Source: Batkoa obscura (taxonomy: Eukaryota). Taken from it: a DNA stretch of 64,000 bases. The stretch lies in NCBI GenBank assembly GCA_030770535.1, contig JASVEC010000013.1, positions 186,001 through 250,000 of the forward strand. The letters are read 5' to 3'. A program made the position numbers and the translations under genes. The notes beneath the pieces are model-generated. The model ran no database searches and was not told the DNA's origin. It was given only the letters and a program-made list of their open reading frames with translations. Shown here one piece after another: positions 37,439 to 49,390 of this stretch. The stretch's first letter is position 1, and each line of letters starts with the position of its first letter.

Positions 37439-38128
37439 TTAGTTATATGGAGTAGCATTATTAAATCCATTAAAGTTAGTCCCGGCACCGATAACACCGG
37501 TACCAGTGGAGGAGCCATAATTACTAGAAGCACCAACCAAACCAGCTTGGTTAGTAAGGATAGCGACGTTATTACCAGCACTTGTTGCTGAATGAGGGTT
37601 TGAAGAAGCACCAAAACTTGTACCAGAACCAGTAGCACCAGATGAGTTGATAGCATTCGCTTGAGAAGCTTGGAAATTAGTAGAAGATCCAAACCCGGCA
37701 TTACCAGAAGTAATACCAGAGGTGGTCCCAGTTCCAAAGGAAGATCCAAAGCTACCATTAGTACCTCCAGATACAAAACTAGAACCTGCATTTACAAGGC
37801 CTGGACTTGGCCCTGTTGCACCATAAACTGCATTATTACCTGATGAAAAAGCATTGCTAAACGGGTTAATAGTACCACCTGCCACATTCGTACTAGAACC
37901 AAAGGAAGAGTTTGGACCTGAAGCAATACCAGCTGAATTACCAGAACTGGTACTGGAACCGCTTCCAGCGGATGAACCAAAAGAATTGGTTAGACTGGCG
38001 GATCCGCCAAGTGTAGTGGAATTAATTGAACCTGAGCCTGACACTTGAGAAACTGAATCATCAGGTACTGGTATAGCAAAGATAGAAGATAAAATCAAGG
38101 TAAGGATAAAATAGGTGCCATTTTTCAT
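37439..38128 (-). CDS. Secreted Gly/Ser/Asn-rich repetitive protein, paralog A
   Basis: Signal peptide then IPVPDD; no Cys and almost no charged residues; colinear with 39842-40519. Confidence 0.88.
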   Translation of the reverse strand: MKNGTYFILTLILSSIFAIPVPDDSVSQVSGSGSINSTTLGGSASLTNSFGSSAGSGSSTSSGNSAGIASGPNSSFGSSTNVAGGTINPFSNAFSSGNNAVYGATGPSPGLVNAGSSFVSGGTNGSFGSSFGTGTTSGITSGNAGFGSSTNFQASQANAINSSGATGSGTSFGASSNPHSATSAGNNVAILTNQAGLVGASSNYGSSTGTGVIGAGTNFNGFNNATPYN

Positions 38129-39841
38129 TTCTAATAAATAATTTGGAGTAAAAGCCTTATAACGTAACTTATGTATATCCTAGCCCTTATATATTTCTTT
38201 TATTTTTCTTTCCTCCACTTTGCTTATTCCTCACCTACTATTTATTTCACTTTCTAGTGTGGCATATTTGATTATCTTTTTAATTCATTTATTTTAGCTC
38301 GCCCCTCAAAAATATGTAGTCTAAAATTCTTATTTGCATTGTCTTACAGTTGTTAAATTCACATGTATAAACCTTTGTAAAATTTCTTCGGCTATCGTTT
38401 GCTTGTTTTTTAAAGCCCAATCCATAAAGCTTTAGCAAAATTTATCCTAAAGCTCAACGTTTAAATGAGCAATTAAATAATGCTTAATTGATTTTTAACA
38501 GCTCTAATTTGGGAAATTAGAAGGATTTTGGATTTTTACTAATTTACAGACTGAGTGTGACTTTTACTAAATATTTCCTAAATAGTGCGTCTAAGGGGTA
38601 ATAAAATGGCAGTCAACTATATAATTGATGATAGCATACCACATTTACTAATAGGAAAAGTTGAAGGGTTCAAGCTTATTTATATGATTTTATTTTACTT
38701 AGTATTTATAAAACTTGACCATCAAAGTCAAGTTTTCATTGTAGCCAAATGGTATAAGAACCATGTCGTTATAATAAAATACTATATCCTAAACATTTAT
38801 AAAACTGGTGCTCTTAGTACCTTTTAAATTCTCGAGAGCGTAAAGCCCAAGTGTTTTATTTATTTAAAATAAAAAGGAGAATTAAAATGATACTTGTAAA
38901 AAAAAAGTAGCAGCTAAAAGATGAGTTTCTTAATTATATTAGACCTTGTTGTAATTATTTTAGTTTACAATATAAAATTAAGCTTTGTCTACTTTTTTCA
39001 AAATTATCACTGGAAATTGTTAGAAGCTATTCAAATTGCGACGCCTTTTTAGTAGTATTTTCCAGCTGAAAATACTGTATCCAAATGAAGTAAAATAATG
39101 TTTATTATTTTCTATTTGGATTTTATGATATTTATAATATACCGGAAATAAACCATTTATACAGAATTTGTTCATGTATAGCTTTTTTGTGAAAACATGG
39201 TTGACTGTATGCAACTTCACTTCTTTTATATACAATTTATCACCACCTAATACACACTTATAGCTCTGTATAAGGCTTTTTTTTACTTGAAACTCTATAT
39301 AAATTATATTATTTAGACTACATATCGAATGATTGATTTTCTATACAATCCTAATATTTAATATCGACATAGAATTCGAGAGAAAACCTAAAGCAATATT
39401 GGTATTTTCCAAAAAAAATTCTATCAGTTGAATCTATTATAATCAGACTTTTATTCAAATATTTACTTTGCATTTAGATTAGAATGTTAACATCTTACAC
39501 TTTTTGTCTAAATAATTACCTAAGAAAAAACAACCATCAATCTTCAGTGTGAATAACATTTGCCTATTTCTTACACGCAATTACTCTAGAAAATTTATTT
39601 CAATTAGACCAATCTTTAAGCAAATTAATCCAGAACGTAGCACTTTAATTTTGACTAAAATAATGAAACAATCAATAAATAAACAACTTTATGCACACGA
39701 ATTAACTATCTATTTCTATTTTATTTAAGCTAAATCTATATACAGCTTTAATGTTGTATTTCTGTCTATAGCTTATTTCAAGTACTACTTAAATTTAAAA
39801 TAATCAAAATTTGATAAAATGATTTTATTTTAATAAATATT

Positions 39842-40519
39842 TTAGTAGTATGGGGTAGCTTTATTATGGCCATCGAAGTTAGTACCAGCACCAATGACAC
39901 CAAGTCCAGTAGATGAACCATAGTTATTGGAAGAACCGATAGATCCAGCTCCAGTAGCAATGATTCCAACATTGTTACCAGCATTAGTACCAGAGTATGA
40001 ACCAAGGGATTGACCATAACTAGTACCTGAACCAGTGACACCAGATTGATTAAAGATGTTGCCTTGAGAAGCTTGGAAGTTGGTAGACGATCCAAAACCA
40101 GCAGAGCCCAAGGTGACACCAGAAGTATTACCAGAACCAGCAGAGCCTAAAGCGTTACTGGTACTTCCAAAAGTAGATCCTACATTAACAAATCCATTAT
40201 CACCAGTAGCACCAGAAATAGCATTGTTGCCAGATGAAAAGTTATTGCTGTATGGGGTAGCAGTTCCTGCACCTACATTAGAACTGGCACCAAAAGATGA
40301 CCCTGGTCCTGAACCAACACCAGCTGAATTACCGAAAGTAGTACTGGAACCACTTCCAGCTGCAGCACCAAAAGATGAGTTTACAGCGACACTTCCTCCA
40401 TGAGTTACACCACCAATAGCACCTGAACCACTGACTTGAGATATAGAGTTATCTGGAACTGGAACAGCAAGGATGGAAGTCAAAGCCAAGACAATCATGA
40501 AAGGAATAGATTTAACCAT
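39842..40519 (-). CDS. Secreted Gly/Ser/Asn-rich repetitive protein, paralog B
   Basis: Signal peptide then VPVPDN; ends NKATPYY; TATA upstream (about 40607-40613) and poly(A)-signal-like sequence downstream. Confidence 0.88.
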   Translation of the reverse strand: MVKSIPFMIVLALTSILAVPVPDNSISQVSGSGAIGGVTHGGSVAVNSSFGAAAGSGSSTTFGNSAGVGSGPGSSFGASSNVGAGTATPYSNNFSSGNNAISGATGDNGFVNVGSTFGSTSNALGSAGSGNTSGVTLGSAGFGSSTNFQASQGNIFNQSGVTGSGTSYGQSLGSYSGTNAGNNVGIIATGAGSIGSSNNYGSSTGLGVIGAGTNFDGHNKATPYY

Positions 40520-41087
40520 TTTGATAATTAGAGTAGTATTGATAATTTTAATAAATTAAGAGATATTGGTTTGTTTTGATAATTGTTTTGAGCATTTTCC
40601 TTTCGTTTATATACGTTTTTTTAACTAGATAGCTTGTATATTAGTACAGTCTAGATGGACTTGTACCCTAAAATTTGCTTAAACTAAAAATATTGTGTGG
40701 GAATTTTAGCACCTAATCCTCCACTTTTCTAACCTATTATACCCCCTGAAATATTAGACTTGAATTTATATTAAGGTTATTTTTTACCCAATAAACAGAA
40801 TTATATTCATGCTTGGGTTTTAGGGTATAAAATTTTAAATAACTGGTACTTTAGTAGGGAGTTTTGACTAAAAGATTATTTTGTGTAGTATCAAATTCAC
40901 TAAATTTTGAAACCAAGCGCATTTATAACAGAAATAAAAGTTTAAATAATTTAGCCAATATTAGTTTATTCTAATCTTTAATTTATATAATAACAACCAA
41001 ATTTACAGCTTATATAGTATACTAACTAGTAATAAAATGAAGTCACATAATACCTATAAACTGTTCATTAAAATATATTAAAATATA

Positions 41088-41191
41088 TGAGGATGTTCTT
41101 TTTTTTACTTTCATCACTTTTTCCATTTTTTGAGCGTTGTTTGAGCGGAAAGATTATTAGTAAAATTCTCAAACAAAAAAATACATCCCTA
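41088..41191 (-). mobile_element. 100-bp MITE copy
   Basis: Family consensus; flanks TA/TA. Confidence 0.85.
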
Positions 41192-42156
41192 TATCATGAT
41201 TACTAAACGATACATTGTAAAGAAATATTGTACATTAATAACATTAAATATACGCTCAAGTTCTATTTATAGAATTAATTTTAATCGCATTCTAAAACAA
41301 ATTAGAGTATGTTTAATATAAACCTTAAATATATAACTTAATGGGTTGCTTTCAGTTAAACACTTCCAATTTTGATTCAGATATTAGAAATAGGCTATTA
41401 TTTTTATTATTTGAAAGCTTTGAAAGTAGAATCCATCATAATATTTTATTATAAAAAAAACAATAAAGTAACAAGAAATATTCAAAAATATAATATATAC
41501 TTTTGTTTTTGTTTTTCAGCCTGCTATCTTCTAAAGTTGGTATCAATAGTTATTTTGATGCGTTATTGTTTTAAATGGTTAGTAAGATTTACCTTAGATA
41601 TTTTTCGCTTTATAAGTATGTTTATAATTAACGAAATATCTTTAAGAAAAATAAAAAAAATTGTGATATTTAACCATTGTTGATTTTGATTTTAATTTAT
41701 TATCATGTGGATACTCAGGCAAATATTTGAGTATTTTTCACTTTGTATATTTTAAAGTGTTATGAGTGTACTTAGATTGAAAAGTATAAATTTAAATACT
41801 TTGATAGTCTTATGTATAGAATTGATAAAAAATAAAGACAAATCATTTTTTATTTTTAGTTCTTTTTTACATATAAAATTTGACTCTTGTTATTTAATAA
41901 ATATTAATAATACTAACCATGATGTTTATGTTTTCATTTCTGATAAAGATCTGATATGCTGAAGTTTAATTTTACTATCCAATATCACAAAGCTTTTCAA
42001 GTTACAAGCAAGGATAAGAAAACAATAATAACAAATTACTTTAAGGCAAATTAGATATTTATTAAACAAAGATAACTATTGACAAATTGAGCTGTTTGAT
42101 TGTAAAAATTTTAATAAAAATTATTATTCATTTTAATACAAACTAATGACTATATA

Positions 42157-42257
42157 TGGTGATGTTTTTTTTTGTTCAAGAATTTTGCTAGCAATTTTTC
42201 CGCTCAAATAGCGCTTAAAAAATGGAAAAAGTAATGAAACCAAAAAAAACATCCTCA
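42157..42257 (+). mobile_element. 100-bp MITE copy
   Basis: Family consensus; flanks TA/TA. Confidence 0.87.
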
Positions 42258-43194
42258 TATTTATTCTTTGTTCATTTTTTATGCAGTATAAAATTTCCAA
42301 AATTAATAGTAAAACATTGAAATAAAAGACTAATTTTATATAGTTTTTTTAAATTTTTACATAGTATATGGGGATGTATCACAATAGTCAAAGCTCCTTG
42401 AGTTTGATAACCAATTTAATAGCTGTAATAACTATAGCTATATAATGCAGAATTAAATATAAACTTTGATTCATATTCATAAACGTATTAATCAGGATAT
42501 TTTAAAGAACCAATCTATAAATAACTTATTTAAAAAATCTAACAGTGATTAGAAGACAAAGTATAGGGGGAATAGAATTTAATAGCTACTGAAATTTAGA
42601 GCTGATTTCAAAATTAATGATTGATTTCGCCTATAAGTTTCGCTTATTAATACGATATAATCACCTTTATTGGTTGATCATTATTTTTAGATGGAGTTTT
42701 GTTCTTCAATTTTTTATATGAAAATACTACACTTTGGGAAAAATATATTTTATCTCTAAATGTTGGTCTAGCTATATATTTAGTAATAATAATATAGTTC
42801 TAAAATAATAAAAAGTCAAAGTATAGACATATCATATATATGTCAAAGAAAGCCATGCTTTAAAATATCATCTTACAAACAGTTAAACTATTGAAACCTC
42901 CTACATCTCGCTTTTTTGTTACTATACAAATGAATTAAAAGACCTTAATTGACTCACATTATTTCTTTTATTTATGATGCTGTATTTTATATAAGCCAAC
43001 GGCAGAATCTGTATAAGAACAGTCAGTAATATTATTCAAAAATATACAACAAAATCATATATTGGTTCTTCAATATTCAAAGCTTATATAATATTAACCT
43101 TTTGTGAAAATGATTGAAAATATATATAAACGTAAAAATTAACAATCAAAAAGTTAAGAAATTAAAATTTTAGCTAAGCTATTAGATAAAAACG

Positions 43195-45375
43195 ATGAAA
43201 TTAGAACTATTATTCAGTTTGCTATTCACATCCATTCTGGTCAACAGTAGCCCGGTTGCAACTAACTCAGAAGAAATTAAACCCCAAGGAGGAGCAAATC
43301 AAACCGATACCCAGGTTGAGATCAATGCTCAGAAGTCAATAGCTGAAGAATTTTTTGAAAGAAAGTTACACGAAGCAAGCGGCTATAATGACCCATGTAT
43401 GAAGATCAACGATGTTACCAAAATTTATAGCTATGAAGAGATCTTAGACTGCTACGATAGCTTTCCATTCAACAGTAAAATTCGTGATGAAGTCTTAGAC
43501 TCTATGTGGAAGTTCATGCCATTTTATGTATTTGCTGATGTATCTAGGAAACGTTCAGTTGATGCTTCAGTAGAAGGGAGGACTTTAGATATAGAAAGTG
43601 CTTTAGCTACTCTAAGAATCAAAAATTACACCACTGATAGAGGCTTTCAAACCGATGTTATGGATTTATTCACTGAGTTAAAGGATGGTCATACTACCTA
43701 TAGTCCGACTTGCTATTCAAAATTCTTTTTCAAATTACCGTTCCCTCTAGTTGTCGTTGAGGATAATAACAAATTGATTGTTAAGGTCAGACCTGGTTAC
43801 CAGCATAGCGATAATGAGTATAAGGTATGGAAGTCAAAAGGGATTGATGTCAAAGCATTTGACAACGCTATTATAGAGAAAATCGATGGCAAAGACGCCA
43901 TTACTGCTATAGAGCAAGTAGCTGACTCCACTTATGGAACTTCTCGTGATATCCACGCAAGAATGAATGGGGTGTTATCAGCTGATAGATTGGCAGATGG
44001 CCGATGGAACTCTGAACTTGGTATGTTTTCACAAAGGCCGTATCCACCTTCTAAGGAATCTATAACCTATGAAATGAACATTAAAGGGAAAAAAGAAATC
44101 ATTGAAATCCCTTTTATTGCAGTTCCTAACAATGAGGGATATATCGATGGAACTGATTTTTATCATAAATATTGTTTAGCAGATCAAAAAGTAGAAGCTC
44201 AACCACAAGATCCAATTGAGATCATCAAACAATTTTTTACTACAGTACCTAAAGAAACCATATTAAAGGGGGTTGAAAAGGGACCAGAAGTTATTATCGA
44301 AGAAATAAAGAAAGAAGAGCTAGAAAAGTCAGATCCGTTAGTTGTAATCAAAAAATTACAAAGCACTTTAAATAACACTATCCCATTAGATGTCAATCAA
44401 GACGAAAAAAAGGCATTTTTACTTCCTACCTCAAAGTTAGATAAACCAGCTAAAAATGGTATCTACTCCCAGTTTCATATTTTTGGCAAAGATGTAGGTG
44501 TGGCTGTGTTACCTACCTTTGCCCCAGAAGACACGAATAAATTTGTCGAAGAGATAGTGCTTGGGTTTAAAATGTTTGAACAACAAGGAGTTAAAAAGTT
44601 AATCCTTGATGTCAGCAACAACGGTGGTGGTATCGTCTGCTTTGGTTATAGTATTATAAAATACTTATTACCAGCCTCAAAGTATAGACAGTTTTTGCTT
44701 GATATGCACGTACATCCATTATTAACAACCATGTTGCTTACTGAAGGAAATCCGAGCTCATTTTTTTATTTACCTAAGCTCCTTAAAGAAGATAAAACAC
44801 CATATAAAAATGTGTTTGAGTTTTTACCAAAAGAGGATGACCGTACAGATGTAGAAAATAGATACACCAACTTTTTTATTGATCAATGTGATGATGGAGA
44901 TTTTATGGCTGGATTAAAAAAGGATCAAGAACACGCCCCATTCGCTTTAGAAAATATTGCCATTGTTTCAAACTCGATCTGCTACTCCACCTGTAGTCTT
45001 TTTGTAAACTCTTTGCAAGAGTTAAGCAATACTACTGCTTTTACTATTGGTGGTACTAAAATGCGCTCTGGACGCAAGCCTACACCTGGATCATTAAGCG
45101 GTGGCACTTTGGTGCAACAAGATGGCATTTTTGAAAGTTTGAAATCGGCTAATTTACTTGATCATCCTTTAGCCCCAAAACCACTTCCAGTTAAAGCCAC
45201 ATTTTCTCTCACAGCAAGGCAAGCTTATTCTCATGTACTCGATGAGGAAAACAAACCGGTTCCTTTGGAGTTCAAGGCTATACAGTCCGATAAACATATT
45301 TACCACACCGATGCTACTATTGGGAAACCAGACTTGATATGGAACAAAGTTGCTAAAGAAATGAAATTTGTTTAA
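43195..45375 (+). CDS. Secreted peptidase S41 family protein (tail-specific protease/CPAF/UstP-like)
   Basis: Signal peptide; LKDGHTTY; PDZ-like IEKIDG; VAVLPTF; KLILDVSNNGGG; SNSICYSTCSLF (candidate catalytic Ser); intronless. Confidence 0.88.
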   Translation: MKLELLFSLLFTSILVNSSPVATNSEEIKPQGGANQTDTQVEINAQKSIAEEFFERKLHEASGYNDPCMKINDVTKIYSYEEILDCYDSFPFNSKIRDEVLDSMWKFMPFYVFADVSRKRSVDASVEGRTLDIESALATLRIKNYTTDRGFQTDVMDLFTELKDGHTTYSPTCYSKFFFKLPFPLVVVEDNNKLIVKVRPGYQHSDNEYKVWKSKGIDVKAFDNAIIEKIDGKDAITAIEQVADSTYGTSRDIHARMNGVLSADRLADGRWNSELGMFSQRPYPPSKESITYEMNIKGKKEIIEIPFIAVPNNEGYIDGTDFYHKYCLADQKVEAQPQDPIEIIKQFFTTVPKETILKGVEKGPEVIIEEIKKEELEKSDPLVVIKKLQSTLNNTIPLDVNQDEKKAFLLPTSKLDKPAKNGIYSQFHIFGKDVGVAVLPTFAPEDTNKFVEEIVLGFKMFEQQGVKKLILDVSNNGGGIVCFGYSIIKYLLPASKYRQFLLDMHVHPLLTTMLLTEGNPSSFFYLPKLLKEDKTPYKNVFEFLPKEDDRTDVENRYTNFFIDQCDDGDFMAGLKKDQEHAPFALENIAIVSNSICYSTCSLFVNSLQELSNTTAFTIGGTKMRSGRKPTPGSLSGGTLVQQDGIFESLKSANLLDHPLAPKPLPVKATFSLTARQAYSHVLDEENKPVPLEFKAIQSDKHIYHTDATIGKPDLIWNKVAKEMKFV

Positions 45376-45704
45376 GCATACTTTTAATTGTGTTAATTTT
45401 GATAAATATTAAAAAAATTCCAACTAATAAATCATTATTGCTTGCTTGACTTTGTTCTATATATTGTATTTTATTTTTATACTATTTATCAAGTATCCAA
45501 ACAATACATACAAATATTAAAAAAACAGTTCACTTGTTAGTATTCAAAATTAAAGCCTTTAAATTATTTAAATTGTAGCAGCTAAAACTTTATCTAGATT
45601 TTATAAATAGTAACAGTAATAGCACATTTTTGGCCTACATGTTAATAGTTTGTTTTATTTTATTTTTAAATATGACATTTAAAGGCTATTTATCAAATAT
45701 TAAT

Positions 45705-45877
45705 TGGGGATGTATTTTTTTATTTAATAATTTTACTAATAATTTTTCCTCTCAAACTCCACTTAAAAAACGGAAAATATGGGGGTGTTTTTTTGGTTTC
45801 ATCACTTTTTCCATTTTTTAAGCACTATTTGAGCGGAAAAATTATTAGTAAAATTCTTACAAAAAAATACATTCCCA
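45705..45877. mobile_element. Truncated + strand MITE (45705-45779) abutting a full - strand MITE (45780-45877)
   Basis: Two family members in opposite orientation, directly followed by a solo LTR. Confidence 0.85.
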
Positions 45878-45878
45878 T

Positions 45879-46342
45879 TGTGAAAGTTGGTACTCAGTGG
45901 TAGGAGTTAAAAACAGTTCTTGCTTGATTAACTTGCCTTGAGTCGAACGGTCTTAGTTTATGTAACTAAGATAGACTTAAATGAATAGGAATAATACGTA
46001 ATAAGTTACGAACTATGTAAAACAAATAGAATAGACAATGCTACTGTAAAATCTACGTAAGATGTTGTCAGAAAGACTTAGTGGCTTTATTAATAGTACG
46101 ATATCAGGGAGTAATTCAGTTAAAAAGCCCCGAGTTATCATATTGAAGAATCTCTTTTATACACCAATAAGTATGGATATCAAAACGAGAGGATAATATT
46201 GTTTGCAATATGAAGTTATAAATTCTCGCAGCAAATCAAAATAAGGGACTCTGAATTGATTGTATTTGAACTTGAGAATACAGCAACTTAAGTGATTGTT
46301 GTGTTATAATCAATTCGAGAGCTAATAAAGCAATATTTCACA
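45879..46342 (+). mobile_element. Solo LTR, copy 2
   Basis: TGTGAAA...TTTCACA; TSD CCAT, which includes the MITE terminus. Confidence 0.87.
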
Positions 46343-46404
46343 CCATATATAAAAAGAAGTCACAGTCTGATAAAAAAGTAAGCCAATAAGATTGGCATTT
46401 TATA

Positions 46405-47336
46405 TGGGGGCGTTTTTTTTTATTTCATCACTTTTTCTATTTTTTAAACACTATTTAAGTGGAAAAGCTATTAGTAAGATTCTTAAACAAAAATACATCC
46501 CCATAGAGTATTGATGTTTTGTGTGAAGCAATAAAAATTAACAACTAACTCTGAGTAACTTTGAGTCTGAGTCAATAAAAGTTCCAAGGAATTTGCAATT
46601 AAGATGTTTTTTTAATAGATTAGAAGCATTAAGATTATAGAAAGTTAAATTGATAATTTAAAGTATCGTATGGTTTATATTTATAGAAGCTAGGATAAAT
46701 ACATTTATTGTTGAGTGCAGAAAATTAGCTTTTCATATAGGGGTGTTTTTTTTGGCTTCATCACTTTTTCTATCTTTTAAGCGCTATTTGAGTGGAAGAA
46801 TTATTAATAAAATTCTTAAACAAAAAAATACATCCCCATATTATTCTTTAGATCATGGTGCTACTATAAAATTTACAATAGCTTAAGCAGGAAAACGAAC
46901 GAGGCCTATAGTAACTAAAGAATCTGATAATTGATATTTGAACAAAAGATTCTTATCAGTAGTTAATATATGAGTTTAGGTAAAAGTAAAGTAGAAGCAC
47001 AGCAACTATGCAAAAGTATACATCCACCTGAGGATAGTTAAATCCTTATATCCTTAAAAAAAGGATTACATCACGTTAGTTTAAGTCTCCTTTTCCTATG
47101 AATCCCAAGTTTTATCATTAAATTATCTCCAGTATATATGAAAGAAAATCCTATACGGTATTTAAACACCTATACTAAAATGTGCGCAAATTTCTAAATT
47201 AAATAAGGCGTAAATTTCCATACTAAAGTATCATATGGGGGTGTTTTTTTTGGTTTCATTATTTTTTCCATCTTTTAAGCGCTATTTCAGCAGAAAAATT
47301 GTTAGTAAAATTCTTGAACAAAAAAAGACATTCTCA
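46405..47336 (-). mobile_element. Three 100-bp MITE copies (46405-46503, 46738-46838, 47236-47336)
   Basis: Family consensus, same orientation, TA flanks. Confidence 0.88.
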
Positions 47337-47674
47337 TATAGAACAGAACCTTCCTTAATAGGAGATTATTTATACTTTTTAAACACGAAGCAATTGTTTG
47401 GTTAAAAGTATGATGATTTGTTAATAATCTCAAGATTTAATTTAGAACACTACCTGTTCTCAATAAAGTTTCATAAGAACTAAAATTATAAAATGATCGT
47501 TTTTTTACCATACCTCCCGTATTATAATCTTATTTAAAAAGTATTAATTTTAATGGCAAAATCTATTGTTTTTAAAAACCATAGCCCAAGCTTAATTTAT
47601 TATCTTTTATATCACAAAGCGTAAAAAATAGTATATAAATAGTTGAATCACATAATTCTTTTGACAAAATTAAT

Positions 47675-48187
47675 ATGAAAACTGAAGAAACTGATTTGAT
47701 GTGCGATTGTGCTACAAAGCAAAATGAGATTGTGAATGAAATCGATAATAAAATTGATATGTACTCTTCTATTATTTTCCTTCATAAAAAAGTGAATGAA
47801 ATGAGTGTTCATTTAAATAATATTAATACTCTTGAATATTTTGGATACGGAATATTAGATACAGATAGGCATTTGATTGACCATTATTATTCAATTAAAA
47901 ACGGAGAGATTATTAACTTGTTATGTAAGCATGACCTTGAATTTTTGAAAAAGAATTCAATAATACCAATTTATAAACTAACCCTTTTAGTTGTTTGTTT
48001 ATTAGCCCTATGTCATCTACCAACTTTGAATCTATGTCACCTGCTGCCTATTTATCTTATCCGTGCAAAAGATTTACTTGATCAGATAATTGCATTATCT
48101 AAACACACAAAGTTGACATTTACCAACTATTATTATATCAATCTCACAAACGTACTGTGCTCGTATTTACTGCCATATATTCATTAA
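47675..48187 (+). CDS. Hypothetical protein (170 aa)
   Basis: Open frame in AT-rich DNA with tatataaat about 40 bp upstream and AATAAA downstream; no family recognised. Confidence 0.45.
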   Translation: MKTEETDLMCDCATKQNEIVNEIDNKIDMYSSIIFLHKKVNEMSVHLNNINTLEYFGYGILDTDRHLIDHYYSIKNGEIINLLCKHDLEFLKKNSIIPIYKLTLLVVCLLALCHLPTLNLCHLLPIYLIRAKDLLDQIIALSKHTKLTFTNYYYINLTNVLCSYLLPYIH

Positions 48188-49042
48188 ACCTCCCTTAACA
48201 GCTTGAACTTAAGTTAAATAGCTTAATATGGTATTTAAATAAACACTTTCTTTCCAGAAAATTTAGTTTTACTTTTATTAAACTTACACTAATTAATATC
48301 ATAATTTGGAAAGTGGGTTATTAAAAACGAATTAATTTAATTTTGTAATTCTTAACTCAATCAAACTTATTTTATCTTTAAATAAATTTGTATTTTAAAC
48401 CATGAAGAGTCAGATCTCTTACTCTCAAATGTTTATTCCAAAGAAACCCTCAAGGTTTTAAAAAAATATGAAATCGGAGGTTAATAGGATCGGAGAAAAA
48501 GGCATTTAGGCTAGTTGAGATATGCTAGTTTTTTCCTCCCCAACCCTTAAGGAGAATATATTATATGAACTAATATTTTTAAGGGTAGACCATTTACTTT
48601 TAGTATTTCTAAAGCAGCAACGAGGACTTGAGTTTTAGCCAATATTTATGTATTTATCGTTAAAAGTTATAGTTTATCTACATTTCAAATTTTTTTGTCA
48701 CCTATTAAGTTGTAAAAACATGTATATTATAATATTAAAAATAACTTTGGATTCATGTAGTATGTTCAAATTAAAATTATAACCTTATATCTATTTAGCC
48801 TTATAGCATATCAAAATACTACTGGACTTCTCATTTGATGCCCTTTTCATTATTATCTTTAAGTTTTACAACGCTATTTTCATTCTTGGTGTAAATTTCC
48901 TAACTAATAATTGATTTTAATTTAATATCACTTTTATATTTCAATTATAACAATAATATTTTTCGTTGGAAGACCTGCTCAAGGCAATGTTTATTGTAAA
49001 TTAATGCATATGAAGGTTAAGAACAAATGATAAAACCCGTTG

Positions 49043-49257
49043 TTTTCATTTACGGCTTACGCACTTTTACAAAAAAAAAAGCGAGTATTTTGCAACAAGC
49101 TTTACCATTTGCTTGAAAAAAACTTTGCGCAATTTCACATAAACCCAAGCCTAAATTTTTCCCATCTATAAGAGTGTGCAAGGTTTTTTCCAAGCGAATG
49201 GCAAAACCTTTACTACAAAATACTGTTTTGTAAAGATGCGTAAACCATAAATGAAAA
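49043..49257. repeat. Long imperfect inverted repeat (foldback/MITE-like), arms about 85-90 bp
   Basis: ttttcatttacggcttacgca...ccatttgcttgaaaaaaactttgcgca pairs with tgtgcaaggttttttccaagcgaatgg...tgcgtaaaccataaatgaaaa. Confidence 0.85.
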
Positions 49258-49295
49258 TTATGTAATATTATTTTGAACCAAAAATAAACAATAAT

Positions 49296-49390
49296 TGGGG
49301 ATGTCTTTTTTTGATTTCATTTTTTTGTCTTTATTTTAATTGCTATTAAGTGGAAAAAGCTGTGAAATAAAGCCAAAAAAGATATTCCTA
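49296..49390 (-). mobile_element. Degenerate, internally rearranged 100-bp MITE copy
   Basis: TGGGGATGTCTTTTTTGATTTCAT...AAGTGGAAAA. Confidence 0.6.

Noticed and set aside
37439..40519. Gly/Ser proteins as classical dikaritin (UstA-type) RiPP precursors
   Set aside because: No KR-delimited repeated cores and no DUF3328 gene visible; kept only as a weaker alternative.
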